Positions 18,606 through 27,588 of a stretch of DNA of 64,000 nt are shown piece after piece; within the stretch, counting starts at the first letter, position 1; every line of letters starts with the position of its first letter. The stretch is taken from the NCBI GenBank assembly GCA_963801165.1, contig CAWDDT010000009.1:416001-480000 (forward strand), in the 5' to 3' direction. Both the position numbers and the translations under genes were made by a program. Below the pieces are notes generated by a model that was not told the DNA's origin, did no database searches, and saw nothing but the letters and a program-made list of their open reading frames with translations. The stretch is from an uncultured bacterium (GTDB taxonomy: Bacteria > Actinomycetota > Acidimicrobiia > Spongiisociales > UBA5794).

Positions 18606-18928
18606 AGACTCCATCCTCACTTCAAAACTCAGGAGTCTCCACTATTCCCAGGGCGATTCAATGTCCATCATGAACCGAAACAGGACATCCACAGGGTCCA
18701 GCACCGCCGCGACGTCTACCGACCACGGTGATCAACCTCCCGTCAACGTGACCGATCGCCCGGATACAGTGGGTAGTCGCCCTGCCGAGCAGCGAAGTGC
18801 CGATCTCGGACACCCGGCGACGTGCTCATTATCGGGCGAGAATTGTTGATCTAGGACGGGACCGAGGGTGTTCCATGCGAAGGTCCGGTCCTGTGTTTCT
18901 TCGGAGGTAATGCCTTCGGCGGTGTTGA

Positions 18929-18958
18929 ATGAACTGTGGATGGGGTTCGGGCAAGTAG
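18929..18958 (+). promoter_or_regulatory. Possible ECF promoter TGAACT-N16-CAAGTA
   Basis: AAC-type -35 placed for a leaderless GTG at ~18965. Confidence 0.4.
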
Positions 18959-19564
18959 GTGGTAGTGGATCCACTAGATCTTTCAGATTCGGAGATCGTC
19001 GAGGTTGCGCTGTCGGAACCGGGGCGCTTTGGCGACCTGTTCGATCGGCACATGTCGACCGTGTTCGAATATCTCGCACGTCGGGTCGGTTCCGATAGCG
19101 CAGAGGAGTTGACGGCTGACGTCTTTGTCGTGGCGTTCCGTCGCCTGGACAGCTTTGACTTGACCCGATCGTCGGCGCTGCCGTGGCTTTACGGGATTGC
19201 GCACAATATGCTGCGAAGACACCGGCGCTCAGAATATCGGCGACTGCGTGCGATTGGCCGACTACCGGGTCAGCTCCGTCTCGTGATTGATGATGACCCC
19301 GCGTTGACCGCGGTAGCGGCAGCGGACTTGTTGGAGCGGGTAACCGCCGCGTTGTCCGAACTCCCGGTTCGGGACCGTGAACCGCTCCTGCTTCATGTGT
19401 GGGAATCCATGTCATACGAGGAGATCGCACAGGCCTTGGGAATCCCAGTCGGTACGGTCCGGTCCCGGATCAACCGGTCACGGCGTCGGCTTCGTGAACT
19501 CGTCGGTCTCAGAGGGCAAGAACCAGACACAGAACCAACCTCGGAAAGGAGTAGCCATGGATGA
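18959..19564 (+). CDS. ECF sigma-70 factor (copy 3)
   Basis: FGDLFDRH, AEELTADVF, ALPWLYGIAHN, SYEEIAQALGIPVGTVRSRINRSRRRL. Confidence 0.93.
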   Translation: MVVDPLDLSDSEIVEVALSEPGRFGDLFDRHMSTVFEYLARRVGSDSAEELTADVFVVAFRRLDSFDLTRSSALPWLYGIAHNMLRRHRRSEYRRLRAIGRLPGQLRLVIDDDPALTAVAAADLLERVTAALSELPVRDREPLLLHVWESMSYEEIAQALGIPVGTVRSRINRSRRRLRELVGLRGQEPDTEPTSERSSHG

Positions 19565-20582
19565 CCTCGACGTGGTGCGAATGGTTCGCCCCGAGGTAGA
19601 CCAACCCAGCAACGATATGGCGGCTGCGATACGGCGAGATGTCCTCGAACGAGTCACCAGCCCCACCCGAGAGATTCAACGACGAAGGAGCGCCGGGGCT
19701 GGTTGGCCTCGCTGGGCTGTGTCGGTGCCGCTGCTCGCTGGACTCGTGGCAGTTGTTGTTGCTGTTGGTTTGGTCGTTCCGGTAAATACCCCGTCTGCGG
19801 CAGCTGAAATGTTGCTCGCCACTGCGGACCGTGCCGAGAACCCGGCGACCGCGGCAACGACAACGATCCCTGTTGACGGAGCCCCTACCGACATGGCAGG
19901 CATCCGCTACATGCGTTGGGAAAACGCCTCATTGGTCATGGTCGGCGCCGGGGATGGTGCTGTCTACGCGGCGCAGGTTCAGCTCACCCGAGACATGTGG
20001 GTAGCCCCCGACGGGTCAGGCCGAATCGCCGAAACACTCGAAAGCATCGACTACCTCAGCGAACAAGACCGGATCAGCTTCGAAGCCATGGGGGACGACA
20101 GCTTCGAACCGATCAACCAGGACTTCGGGCCGGGCGGACTGTCCTATGTCGACTACTCGACGCTGCCAACAGACCCAGACAAGCTCGAAGCGGTACTCGC
20201 TGAAATCCCCCACGGTGACTGGCCCGACAACGTAGGGTTGCTCTGGTCAATCCAGGATCTCCTCCGCGACGGTGGAACCCCACCCGCCCTCCGAGCCGGC
20301 CTATACCGAGTAGCGGCAGGCATCGACGGGATCGAACTCATCGGCGACGTCACCGACCGAGCCGGACGACCCGGCGTCGGTGTGTCCCTCACCTACCCCG
20401 GAAACGGGCTCGAATACCGCGACACAATGATCTTCGACCCCGATACCACCGCACTACTCGGAGAAGAAACCCAGATCCTCACCGCATCACCAGAACTCCG
20501 GACTGAACCACCAATCACAATGTCCTGGTTCGTCTATCTCGACAGCGAAGTCGTCGACGATATACCTGAACAGTCGTCGTGA
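19557..20582 (+). CDS. Actinobacterial ECF-associated anti-sigma-like protein (CU044_5270-like)
   Basis: MDDLDVVR, TM, SAAAEMLLATAD, LPTDPDKL, PPALRAGLYRV, VTDRAGRPG, IFDPDT..LLGE. Confidence 0.85.
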   Translation: MDDLDVVRMVRPEVDQPSNDMAAAIRRDVLERVTSPTREIQRRRSAGAGWPRWAVSVPLLAGLVAVVVAVGLVVPVNTPSAAAEMLLATADRAENPATAATTTIPVDGAPTDMAGIRYMRWENASLVMVGAGDGAVYAAQVQLTRDMWVAPDGSGRIAETLESIDYLSEQDRISFEAMGDDSFEPINQDFGPGGLSYVDYSTLPTDPDKLEAVLAEIPHGDWPDNVGLLWSIQDLLRDGGTPPALRAGLYRVAAGIDGIELIGDVTDRAGRPGVGVSLTYPGNGLEYRDTMIFDPDTTALLGEETQILTASPELRTEPPITMSWFVYLDSEVVDDIPEQSS

Positions 20583-20624
20583 GCGCCGCACCGATCAAGC
20601 AGTGACGGGGCTGGGGAGAGCGCA

Positions 20625-21617
20625 ATGTCAACCACCCCGGCCATACCATGGCGGCGAAGCCGTCGAAGGCTCCTTCTGTGCGGTCTCGCTGCTGTCGTCA
20701 CACTGAACTCGGCATGCGGGAACCCAGCTGAAGATCAGGTCGTCGATGATTCACGCTCACCGATTGAGGTCGCCCTCAACGCGACCGCAAACGGCGACAA
20801 CAAAGCAGCTTCGATTCGAACCGAGATGATGCAACGGGCGGACCTGATCGCAGAATGTATGCGACGAGAAGGCTTTGAATACATGCCATGGGTCCCTCCC
20901 GACGCCGGCGCAAGCGACGCTGGCGGGGGTTTGCCGACGGGCGAATACATCGACCTGTACGGCTATGGGATCTCCACCGATCCCGACACCTATCGCCAAA
21001 CCATCTTGGCGCAACAAGACCCCAATATGGTCATCGCCCAGGCACTCTCACACGAGGCCTTAGCCGAGTACGAACGCGCCCTTACCGGCATCGATCCCGC
21101 CGCCATCGGCGACGAACCGACAGTCATCGAGGACGGGGGTTGCATGAAAGAGGCCTCGGACGCGTTGATACCGAACGACGCTATCCCAACAGAACTGATC
21201 GACGAGTACTACACGCTCAAGAACCAGCTCGAAACCCAAATCGTCGAAGACCCGAGAATGCGGCAAGCGCTCGCCAACTGGCGGGAATGCATGGCCGACC
21301 ACAACTACAGCTTCCAAGATCCCGGCGAGACACGCGACAGCGTCTACGCCAAATGGGCGGAACTCGTCCCCGATCCCGCACCAGAGATCGCCACCCCCCA
21401 AGACGCCAGCAACCTCGAACGGACAGAACTCGCCAAGTTCGTTGACCCCGACCTGTTGGACCAACTCATAGCCTACGAACTCGACCTTGCCCGCATCGAC
21501 TACGAATGTCAGACGGAATACCGTCAAGTCGAAACCGACGTACGACTAGAACTAGAAACCAGATTCATCGAAAACAACGCCGACCTCATCCAACGGATTA
21601 GCCACGCCATCAGGTAG
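20625..21617 (+). CDS. Putative lipoprotein with duplicated CM..GF module
   Basis: Lipobox-like NSAC; IAECMRREGFEY and DPRM..A..NWRECM; paralog at 21706-22572. Confidence 0.75.
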   Translation: MSTTPAIPWRRSRRRLLLCGLAAVVTLNSACGNPAEDQVVDDSRSPIEVALNATANGDNKAASIRTEMMQRADLIAECMRREGFEYMPWVPPDAGASDAGGGLPTGEYIDLYGYGISTDPDTYRQTILAQQDPNMVIAQALSHEALAEYERALTGIDPAAIGDEPTVIEDGGCMKEASDALIPNDAIPTELIDEYYTLKNQLETQIVEDPRMRQALANWRECMADHNYSFQDPGETRDSVYAKWAELVPDPAPEIATPQDASNLERTELAKFVDPDLLDQLIAYELDLARIDYECQTEYRQVETDVRLELETRFIENNADLIQRISHAIR

Positions 21618-21705
21618 CAAAACCCACCGCCGCGCGCCTGTGAGCGAGAGACAGTCGGCAGCTCAGAGGCCAAGAAACCACAGCCGGCAACGGAGCAGCC
21701 AGCAT

Positions 21706-22572
21706 TCACGAGTCGCTGCCGGCGTAGGTTGTGAGGAGTTCGCGTTGGACCGTTGCCAGTATTTCGTTTCGTTTCTGGTTGCATGGGAGTGTTGCCAGCG
21801 CCGCCTCGATCTCTTTCGCCTCGAATGCTGCCACTGCCGGGGAGTCCAAAACGGTCTGGCCAGACCCGACGACTGCGGCTTCGGGTCCGACGATGGCTAG
21901 GAACTCCTGGTGAAACTCCGCGGTGAGCTCCAGGAGGTTTGCTGCGTCGGTATCGAATCCTGTTGCACGAACGCAGGCGACCCATTCCTGTTCAGCGTCC
22001 ACCATCCGAGGGTCAGCCAAGACCTCGTTGTAGAAATCGGAATCAACGGCTGCGACCAGGCTGGCGATACCGAGAGACTCCCGGGCGTCGCGTTCGGCTG
22101 TCCCCCAACAGCCGTCATCAGGCACCTCGGGGTCGCCGTCGATGGCCTCGCCGTAGGCTTGCCGCGCGGCAGGGTCGAGTGCCATTAGGTAATCATCGTT
22201 TCGGTTCGGCGGGGGCGATTCCGCTAGCTCTCGGTAGCTAGCAACGATGCCGAACCCGTGGCTTCTGGCTTCTTCCTCGTTGTCGAAACTGAACGCGGTG
22301 CCGTACACCGAACCTATGTCGGCACCCGGGTAGTAGTCGAAGCCCTCCGCTTTCATGCACACCACAATGCGGTTTTGTATCTCGTTGAACAGCGTCTCTT
22401 CAAGTTCCATGGCATCCTCACCACCAACCGAGCCGAGGAAGTAGTCCAGGTAGCGTTCCGCATATGTGCCTCGGCCAGATTCGCCACCCAACTCCTCGGG
22501 CGAACCTGAACTGCAAGCCGCAACTAGCACGGGCGTGAGCACCAACACCAAGATGGAGAATCGTTGCCGCAT
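21706..22572 (-). CDS. Putative lipoprotein, paralog of 20625-21617
   Basis: Lipobox VAAC; IVVCMKAEGFDY, DGC, DPRM..A..EWVACV, E...A...L.C. Confidence 0.78.
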   Translation of the reverse strand: MRQRFSILVLVLTPVLVAACSSGSPEELGGESGRGTYAERYLDYFLGSVGGEDAMELEETLFNEIQNRIVVCMKAEGFDYYPGADIGSVYGTAFSFDNEEEARSHGFGIVASYRELAESPPPNRNDDYLMALDPAARQAYGEAIDGDPEVPDDGCWGTAERDARESLGIASLVAAVDSDFYNEVLADPRMVDAEQEWVACVRATGFDTDAANLLELTAEFHQEFLAIVGPEAAVVGSGQTVLDSPAVAAFEAKEIEAALATLPCNQKRNEILATVQRELLTTYAGSDS

Positions 22573-22610
22573 ACCCGACCACCCTTTCACGTAGCCTGAC
22601 CGACTTGTTG

Positions 22611-23438
22611 CTACCTGTCTGATGCGGGAATGGCGTGGTCGGGGGTCGCAACTTCAATGACGTTCCCGTCAGTGTCGATTGCAGCCAGGCTTGCCCCGTC
22701 CAGCGTCCTGCCGTCAGTCAAATTGAAGAAGACAGTGCCCGCCGTGGGTTGCTGCCAGTAGTTCGATCCGTCGTCGAGCTCCAGTTGAACGGCTGCTGTT
22801 GCTTCGGGCAGTTGAGGCCATACGAGCCAACCGCCGAGTGGCGGATCGGCCATTGTGCCTGCTCGCGGTCCGTCGATGATGTAGCAGTCGCCACCGCTGG
22901 GGATCAGTTTGTGGTCGCCGATGTAGACGCACAATATGCCATCGCTGGTGCTCGGCGGAAGTGGGCCACCGTCGGTGACTTGCAATGCGATCTGGGCACC
23001 GTTGATGTCACCGAGATAGACCATCGTGGCGGCATCAAACACATCTGGGACCGTGAACTCGGACACTGGTAGTCGTTCCAGCGAGACTTCCGTCCCGAGT
23101 GATTCCGTGTCGAACGCCGGCTCAGGTCCTGACAAACCCACATACACAATGACACCATCGGACTCCACCGAAGCGGACTCGACATCAACTGCAAAGCCGC
23201 CCGGCAGTTCCAGCACCGTCACGTCAGCGCCCCTGGCCACAGGCGGATCCACAGGGCGTAGCCAACCAGCAACGCCGACAACCAATGCGGCGACTGCGGC
23301 TACCGTCGCTGCCGCGCTGATCCGGTAGGCGAGGCGACGCCGTCGGCCCCGAACCAAAACAGACTCGATGTTCCCAACCCTATGTGGTGTGTTCTCAATG
23401 ATCGTTTGGACATAGTCTCTGGTCGCATCGTCGATCAT
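22611..23438 (-). CDS. Membrane-anchored putative anti-sigma factor
   Basis: ATG overlaps the sigma stop (ATGA); V.VRGRRRR followed by a TM helix and an acidic extracytoplasmic domain. Confidence 0.75.
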   Translation of the reverse strand: MIDDATRDYVQTIIENTPHRVGNIESVLVRGRRRRLAYRISAAATVAAVAALVVGVAGWLRPVDPPVARGADVTVLELPGGFAVDVESASVESDGVIVYVGLSGPEPAFDTESLGTEVSLERLPVSEFTVPDVFDAATMVYLGDINGAQIALQVTDGGPLPPSTSDGILCVYIGDHKLIPSGGDCYIIDGPRAGTMADPPLGGWLVWPQLPEATAAVQLELDDGSNYWQQPTAGTVFFNLTDGRTLDGASLAAIDTDGNVIEVATPDHAIPASDR

Positions 23439-23935
23439 GCACCCATCTCCTTCCGTAGTCTGGCTAGACCGCGATGCAGGCGGCTCTTGACCGTGCCTGG
23501 CCGGATCGACAGTGCATCTGCAATCTCGGTCTCGGACCACTCGAAAGCCGATGCCAGGACGACAACGGCGCGCTGCTCGATCGGCAGCAGCGCCAGAGCC
23601 GCTTCGAGACCGGGCTCGACCAGATACTCCTCGTCGTAGGTTCCCGATCCGAGTCGCGGTAACAACACCCGCAAACGCCCACGTCGACGCAGCCTGTCCA
23701 CAGCCCACCGGTAGGCGACCCGGTACACCCAGCCCTCCGGGTTACCCAAACGGCGGACCGTATCCCAACGGGCAAACGCCCGAGACATCGCCTCGTCCAC
23801 CGACTCGGCAGCGAGGTCAGCGTCACCCAACGTCGCCGCCAGCGGGCGATAAACCAACCCCCAGGACACCCGATAGAAGGCCTCAAAGCCATCAGGCCGA
23901 AGCTGCCCGACAGTGTGCTCGAGCGCCGTATCCAT
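23435..23935 (-). CDS. ECF sigma-70 factor (copy 4)
   Basis: FEAFY, LAAESVDEAM.RAF.RW, QRAVVVL, EIADALSIRPGTVKSRLHRGL. Confidence 0.92.
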   Translation of the reverse strand: MDTALEHTVGQLRPDGFEAFYRVSWGLVYRPLAATLGDADLAAESVDEAMSRAFARWDTVRRLGNPEGWVYRVAYRWAVDRLRRRGRLRVLLPRLGSGTYDEEYLVEPGLEAALALLPIEQRAVVVLASAFEWSETEIADALSIRPGTVKSRLHRGLARLRKEMGA

Positions 23936-23942
23936 ATTCGAA

Positions 23943-23969
23943 GGACGAACGAACCCGTCATCTAGTTCC
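23943..23969 (-). promoter_or_regulatory. Possible ECF promoter GGAACT-N16-CGTC
   Basis: Canonical AAC/CGT ECF geometry a few nt before the leaderless ATG at 23935. Confidence 0.5.
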
Positions 23970-24232
23970 AAAGAAACACCACGACCGAATCGTACGACAC
24001 TGGACCCGATGTCATCTCGGCCTTCTGGTCGAGGCTGCATCAGGCGATCGCAGAGTCCGCACTGGCAACTCGCACCCCAACGTCTGCGCGCTTCCAGCCG
24101 CAGAGCCGGGTACTTGACGGCCAACACCCCTCACCGCCCATAACACCCACTTCCCTGCACGTTATCGAGCGACCTCGAACCGGCAGTCGGCGCTATCTCC
24201 CATTATCTGGAGACCACGTTGAGTGGTCGTGT

Positions 24233-26908
24233 TCAACGATGAACGGCGAGGCCGATCTCTCGTGCTGGTTCTTGGTCGATGGCTGCGGTCTGAGCCTTGC
24301 TGCGGGCGATCATTGCGGAAGCGATATCAGTTCCGGCGTGTCGTGTCTGGTGGGTGAGGTGGGTGCAATCCTCATCGCCCGCCTCGGGAGAGGCGAGGTA
24401 GAGGGTGTTGGCGTTGCGGCCTCGGCTGAGGGCGACGTAGGCCCACTCCCTTTCTGTGGCTCCGGTGATGACAGTGAAGGTGCGATCGGTCGTGATGCCT
24501 TGGGCTTTGTGGGCGGTGAGGGCATATCCGTACCCGACGTTGCCTTCGGCGAGATACCAGCTTGGTAGTTGCCGGGCTTCGGGGTCACGGTCGAGACGGA
24601 CCGTGACGGTTCCCGCGTCTTGATCGACGACGGTGATTGTGCCGAGGTCGCCGTTGAGGACATCGAGCCCATGTTGGTTTCGGCGGCAGAGGATCCGGTC
24701 GCCGGCTTGGAGCACCATGCCTGGTCCGTCGAGTGTGGGTCCGTGTACCTGCCCGGAGGCGGCGAGGTGTTGTCGTGCTTGTTGGTTGAGTTCGGTGACG
24801 GTGTCGTTGTCGTGGGCAAGTAGCAGCGCCGAACTGACATCACCGGTCGATTGGACGTACCGGTACCAGTCGCTGCTTGATTTGGCGATCGTGTCGGTGC
24901 GGTTGCGTCCGAGGACGAGACGCCGATGCTCAACATAGGCTTGCATTGCTTGTTGTACGGATCCGTTGCGTAGCTCGCCGAGTGCTTGCCGTTCCCAGGC
25001 GGCCTGTTGGCGGACGTTGTCGGTGAGCTGGATGGCTGGTAGCCGGTTGGCGAGGGCACGGAACAGACCACCGGCGTCGATTTCGGGGAGTTGCTTGTCG
25101 TCACCGACCAGGATCAGCTTGCCTTCTGCTTGTTCGACTAGGTCGACGACGGCGGCGAGTTGACGGGTGCCGACCATGCCGGCTTCGTCGACGACCACCA
25201 CCGCACCAGGGGCAAGGCTGGTTCCGTGTTGGGCCTGGTTGAGGAGCCGGGCGAGGGTGGTGGAGGGGACGCCGGTGGTGGCCTGGAGGCCGGAGGCGGT
25301 GCGGGCGGCGAGGGCGGCTCCGATGATGGGTCGTCTGGTGAGTGTTGCGAGTTGGTTGATGACGGCGATGACTGCGGTTTTGCCGCTGCCGGCCGAGCCG
25401 ATACCAATGTCGACGGCGTTGCCGGAGGTTGCGAAGCTGCGCACCATTTGGCGTTGCCCTTCGGTGAGTTCCGGTCGGTGGCGAAGCCAGGTTTCAACGA
25501 GACGCCGGGGTGCCTGCCAGCGACCCTGACCGATACCGGCGTTTGCGTATTCGAGGATCCGCTGTTCGGTGGCCAGCAGTTCGGCGGTGGTGTATTCGGG
25601 CAGGGTCGGTGCGGGGAAGGGTTCGCCTTGTTGGGTTCGCATCGGAGGCACCGTTCTCTCCTCGATGGACACTCCAAGGTTTGGTTCGACATGCGAATCC
25701 GCCTCGGCAGGTCCGGCGGGTTCGAGTACCGGGCTGGACAGGAGCGGCACGATGTCGCTGCCGACAAGGAACGAGTCGGCGAGGGCCTCGATCTCGGCCC
25801 GGGTGCCACCTTCGGGCAGCGCCGCGGCGACCTGTTGGATCACGTCGGGTGCGGCGAATGTCGACTTGTGTGCGGTCAGACCGTCTGGTGACGCCAGGTC
25901 CGCAAACAACGCCTCGACATCCGGTGCCGTGACCTGTCTGCTTCGATCGACAATCCGCCGGATCCTGTCCCGGGTGAGGCCCACCTCTTCGGCTCGTTGC
26001 TGCCAGACGGCTTCCAGCTCGTCGAGGGTGCGGTTGGTTTTGGCGGTGCGGGTGGCGATCACCGCTACCTGCCGCGCCGCCGCTGTGTCTGGGAGGTCGT
26101 TGGCTTCACGCCAGGTATCAAGTTGTCGGCGCCGCTGGGAGAAGGCTTCGATCTGGTTGCGGGTGAACCCGGCAATGTCGGCCATGCCGTGGTGTACCGG
26201 CTGCCACCGCACCCCCAACCTCTGGGTCAGCTCACTGCGTAGAACCGCCTCATGCAGATAGCCGGCGGCGAGCTGATACCGATACAGCAATCTGCCGTCG
26301 ATGGTGCGCCACACCCCATCTACGCCTTTGACCTTGTTGGCAACGACCACATGGGTGTGTAGCTGGGGGTCGTCGGCCCGTGACGTGTACTCGGTGAATG
26401 CGGCGGCGACATACCCCGACGTTGCGATCGGCCACGTCTCTATCTGATACCTCGGCCGCCCGTTCGGGCCACAAACCGGGTTGCCGTTCTTGTCTACGGC
26501 GGGTGTCTTCGCAGCGCCGCGAGTGTCGGATGCCACCGACTCCAGATAGCCCAATGCCTGTGACGTTGCCTCCTCGAACGCCTCGACAACTTCTTTGCGG
26601 GTCAGTTCGTCACCCAACGCCCACAGCAGCGACACCGACTTGTCTGCTGAGAAGGTGACATCCCACGCCGACACCCCATCTTTGCGGAGCCGGCGACCCA
26701 GCTGCTCGCCGGTGCCGGGATGCTCCCCATCGAACAGGCGCACCAGCCCCTCCGCCGACACGGCACCCACCAAACCGAGTTCGGCGGCTCCGGATCCGCA
26801 CCAACGACCGGTAGCCGTACCGCCCTGCAGGTAGTAGTCCTCCCGCGGTGAGATCTCACCCAGCTTCTGCAGGTAATAGTCCTTGGCCGCCTTCGCCAAA
26901 CTCAACAC
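24233..26908 (-). CDS. MOBF (TrwC/TraI-like) relaxase-helicase
   Basis: Two DYY motifs, D.TFSADKSVS, TSRADDPQLHTH, FSQRR, Walker A GSAGSGKT, DEAGMV, GDDKQL, YALTAHKAQG, YVALSR; start re-placed at GTG 26908. Confidence 0.93.
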   Translation of the reverse strand: MLSLAKAAKDYYLQKLGEISPREDYYLQGGTATGRWCGSGAAELGLVGAVSAEGLVRLFDGEHPGTGEQLGRRLRKDGVSAWDVTFSADKSVSLLWALGDELTRKEVVEAFEEATSQALGYLESVASDTRGAAKTPAVDKNGNPVCGPNGRPRYQIETWPIATSGYVAAAFTEYTSRADDPQLHTHVVVANKVKGVDGVWRTIDGRLLYRYQLAAGYLHEAVLRSELTQRLGVRWQPVHHGMADIAGFTRNQIEAFSQRRRQLDTWREANDLPDTAAARQVAVIATRTAKTNRTLDELEAVWQQRAEEVGLTRDRIRRIVDRSRQVTAPDVEALFADLASPDGLTAHKSTFAAPDVIQQVAAALPEGGTRAEIEALADSFLVGSDIVPLLSSPVLEPAGPAEADSHVEPNLGVSIEERTVPPMRTQQGEPFPAPTLPEYTTAELLATEQRILEYANAGIGQGRWQAPRRLVETWLRHRPELTEGQRQMVRSFATSGNAVDIGIGSAGSGKTAVIAVINQLATLTRRPIIGAALAARTASGLQATTGVPSTTLARLLNQAQHGTSLAPGAVVVVDEAGMVGTRQLAAVVDLVEQAEGKLILVGDDKQLPEIDAGGLFRALANRLPAIQLTDNVRQQAAWERQALGELRNGSVQQAMQAYVEHRRLVLGRNRTDTIAKSSSDWYRYVQSTGDVSSALLLAHDNDTVTELNQQARQHLAASGQVHGPTLDGPGMVLQAGDRILCRRNQHGLDVLNGDLGTITVVDQDAGTVTVRLDRDPEARQLPSWYLAEGNVGYGYALTAHKAQGITTDRTFTVITGATEREWAYVALSRGRNANTLYLASPEAGDEDCTHLTHQTRHAGTDIASAMIARSKAQTAAIDQEPAREIGLAVHR

Positions 26909-27282
26909 GAGACACCGTCCCGTGCAACTGGTTGCAGATGCGTGTGTCGAGCATCTCGTCGTGACAGTCGAAGCCGTGAAGGTGTCCTGGCGTCGGGTGA
27001 GGTCGTGCCTGCTCGAGGATTGGCGAGGAGGGATCTTCGGTACTGGTTCGGGTCTGTCGGGGGTCTCATAACTCCGACTAGACACCCTGACCCTCTCATC
27101 AGACTCTCATAGACCCTGTTATTTGGTTGTCATTTACCCTGTTATCCGGTCCCGGGCGGCCCCGACGACGAAAAAGCCCGCCCGTCGAAATCGTCCGCAA
27201 AATCAGCGTTTCCGACGCAATAACAGGTCCAAGTGCAACGAAATGAGACTCTGATGAGAGGGTTGGCGGGCACGATTTCGGC
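26909..27282. promoter_or_regulatory. Candidate oriT / divergent promoter region
   Basis: Hairpin TGCAAC-TG-GTTGCA 26923-26936; 21-bp IR (20/21) 27090-27110 vs 27243-27263; ACCCTGTTAT at 27113 and 27136 with an inverted partial copy at 27219-27227. Confidence 0.55.
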
Positions 27283-27522
27283 ATGGAACAGGTTGAAGAG
27301 CTAATCACGCCGCAACAGCTGAGCACGTACCTGGGTATTCCCGTCGCCACGCTTTACGCCTGGCGTCAGCGAGGGCGAGGGCCGGCAAGTTTCCGGGTGG
27401 GCAAACACCTCCGGTACCGCCGCAGGGACATTGTCCGCTGGGTCGGGCAGCAGCTCGAACTCGAGACCGTCTCCGGGAGTTCGTCAGTGATCGCCCGGCG
27501 CGTTGGCCATGCGGGTGAGTAA
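27283..27522 (+). CDS. Excisionase-like HTH protein
   Basis: LITPQQLSTYLGIPVATLYAWRQRGRGP.SFRVGKHLRY, directly upstream of the integrase. Confidence 0.88.
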   Translation: MEQVEELITPQQLSTYLGIPVATLYAWRQRGRGPASFRVGKHLRYRRRDIVRWVGQQLELETVSGSSSVIARRVGHAGE

Positions 27523-27588
27523 GGTCGAACTCCGGCCGTCGCGTGGCAGGACTCATCGACAGCTGTAGAACGAACAGGAGGGATCACG

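Larger units (their letters stand above)
15988..18660 (-). mobile_element. IS3-family (IS6110-like) element interrupted by IS110
   Basis: IRs TGAAGCGCCCTGGGTTTGATGGAGAC and TGAATCGCCCTGGGAATAGTGGAGAC; orfA/orfB inside. Confidence 0.9.
14420..18687 (-). mobile_element. IS481-family element interrupted in its leader by an IS3 element
   Basis: Ends TGTCAAGTTCCGGTAC (14420) and TGTCCTGTTTCGGTTC (minus strand from 18687); no target duplication visible. Confidence 0.75.

Noticed and set aside
1253-23935. Integron-like cassette array of ECF modules
   Set aside because: No recurring attC-like or other shared boundary sequence found between modules; orientations are mixed.
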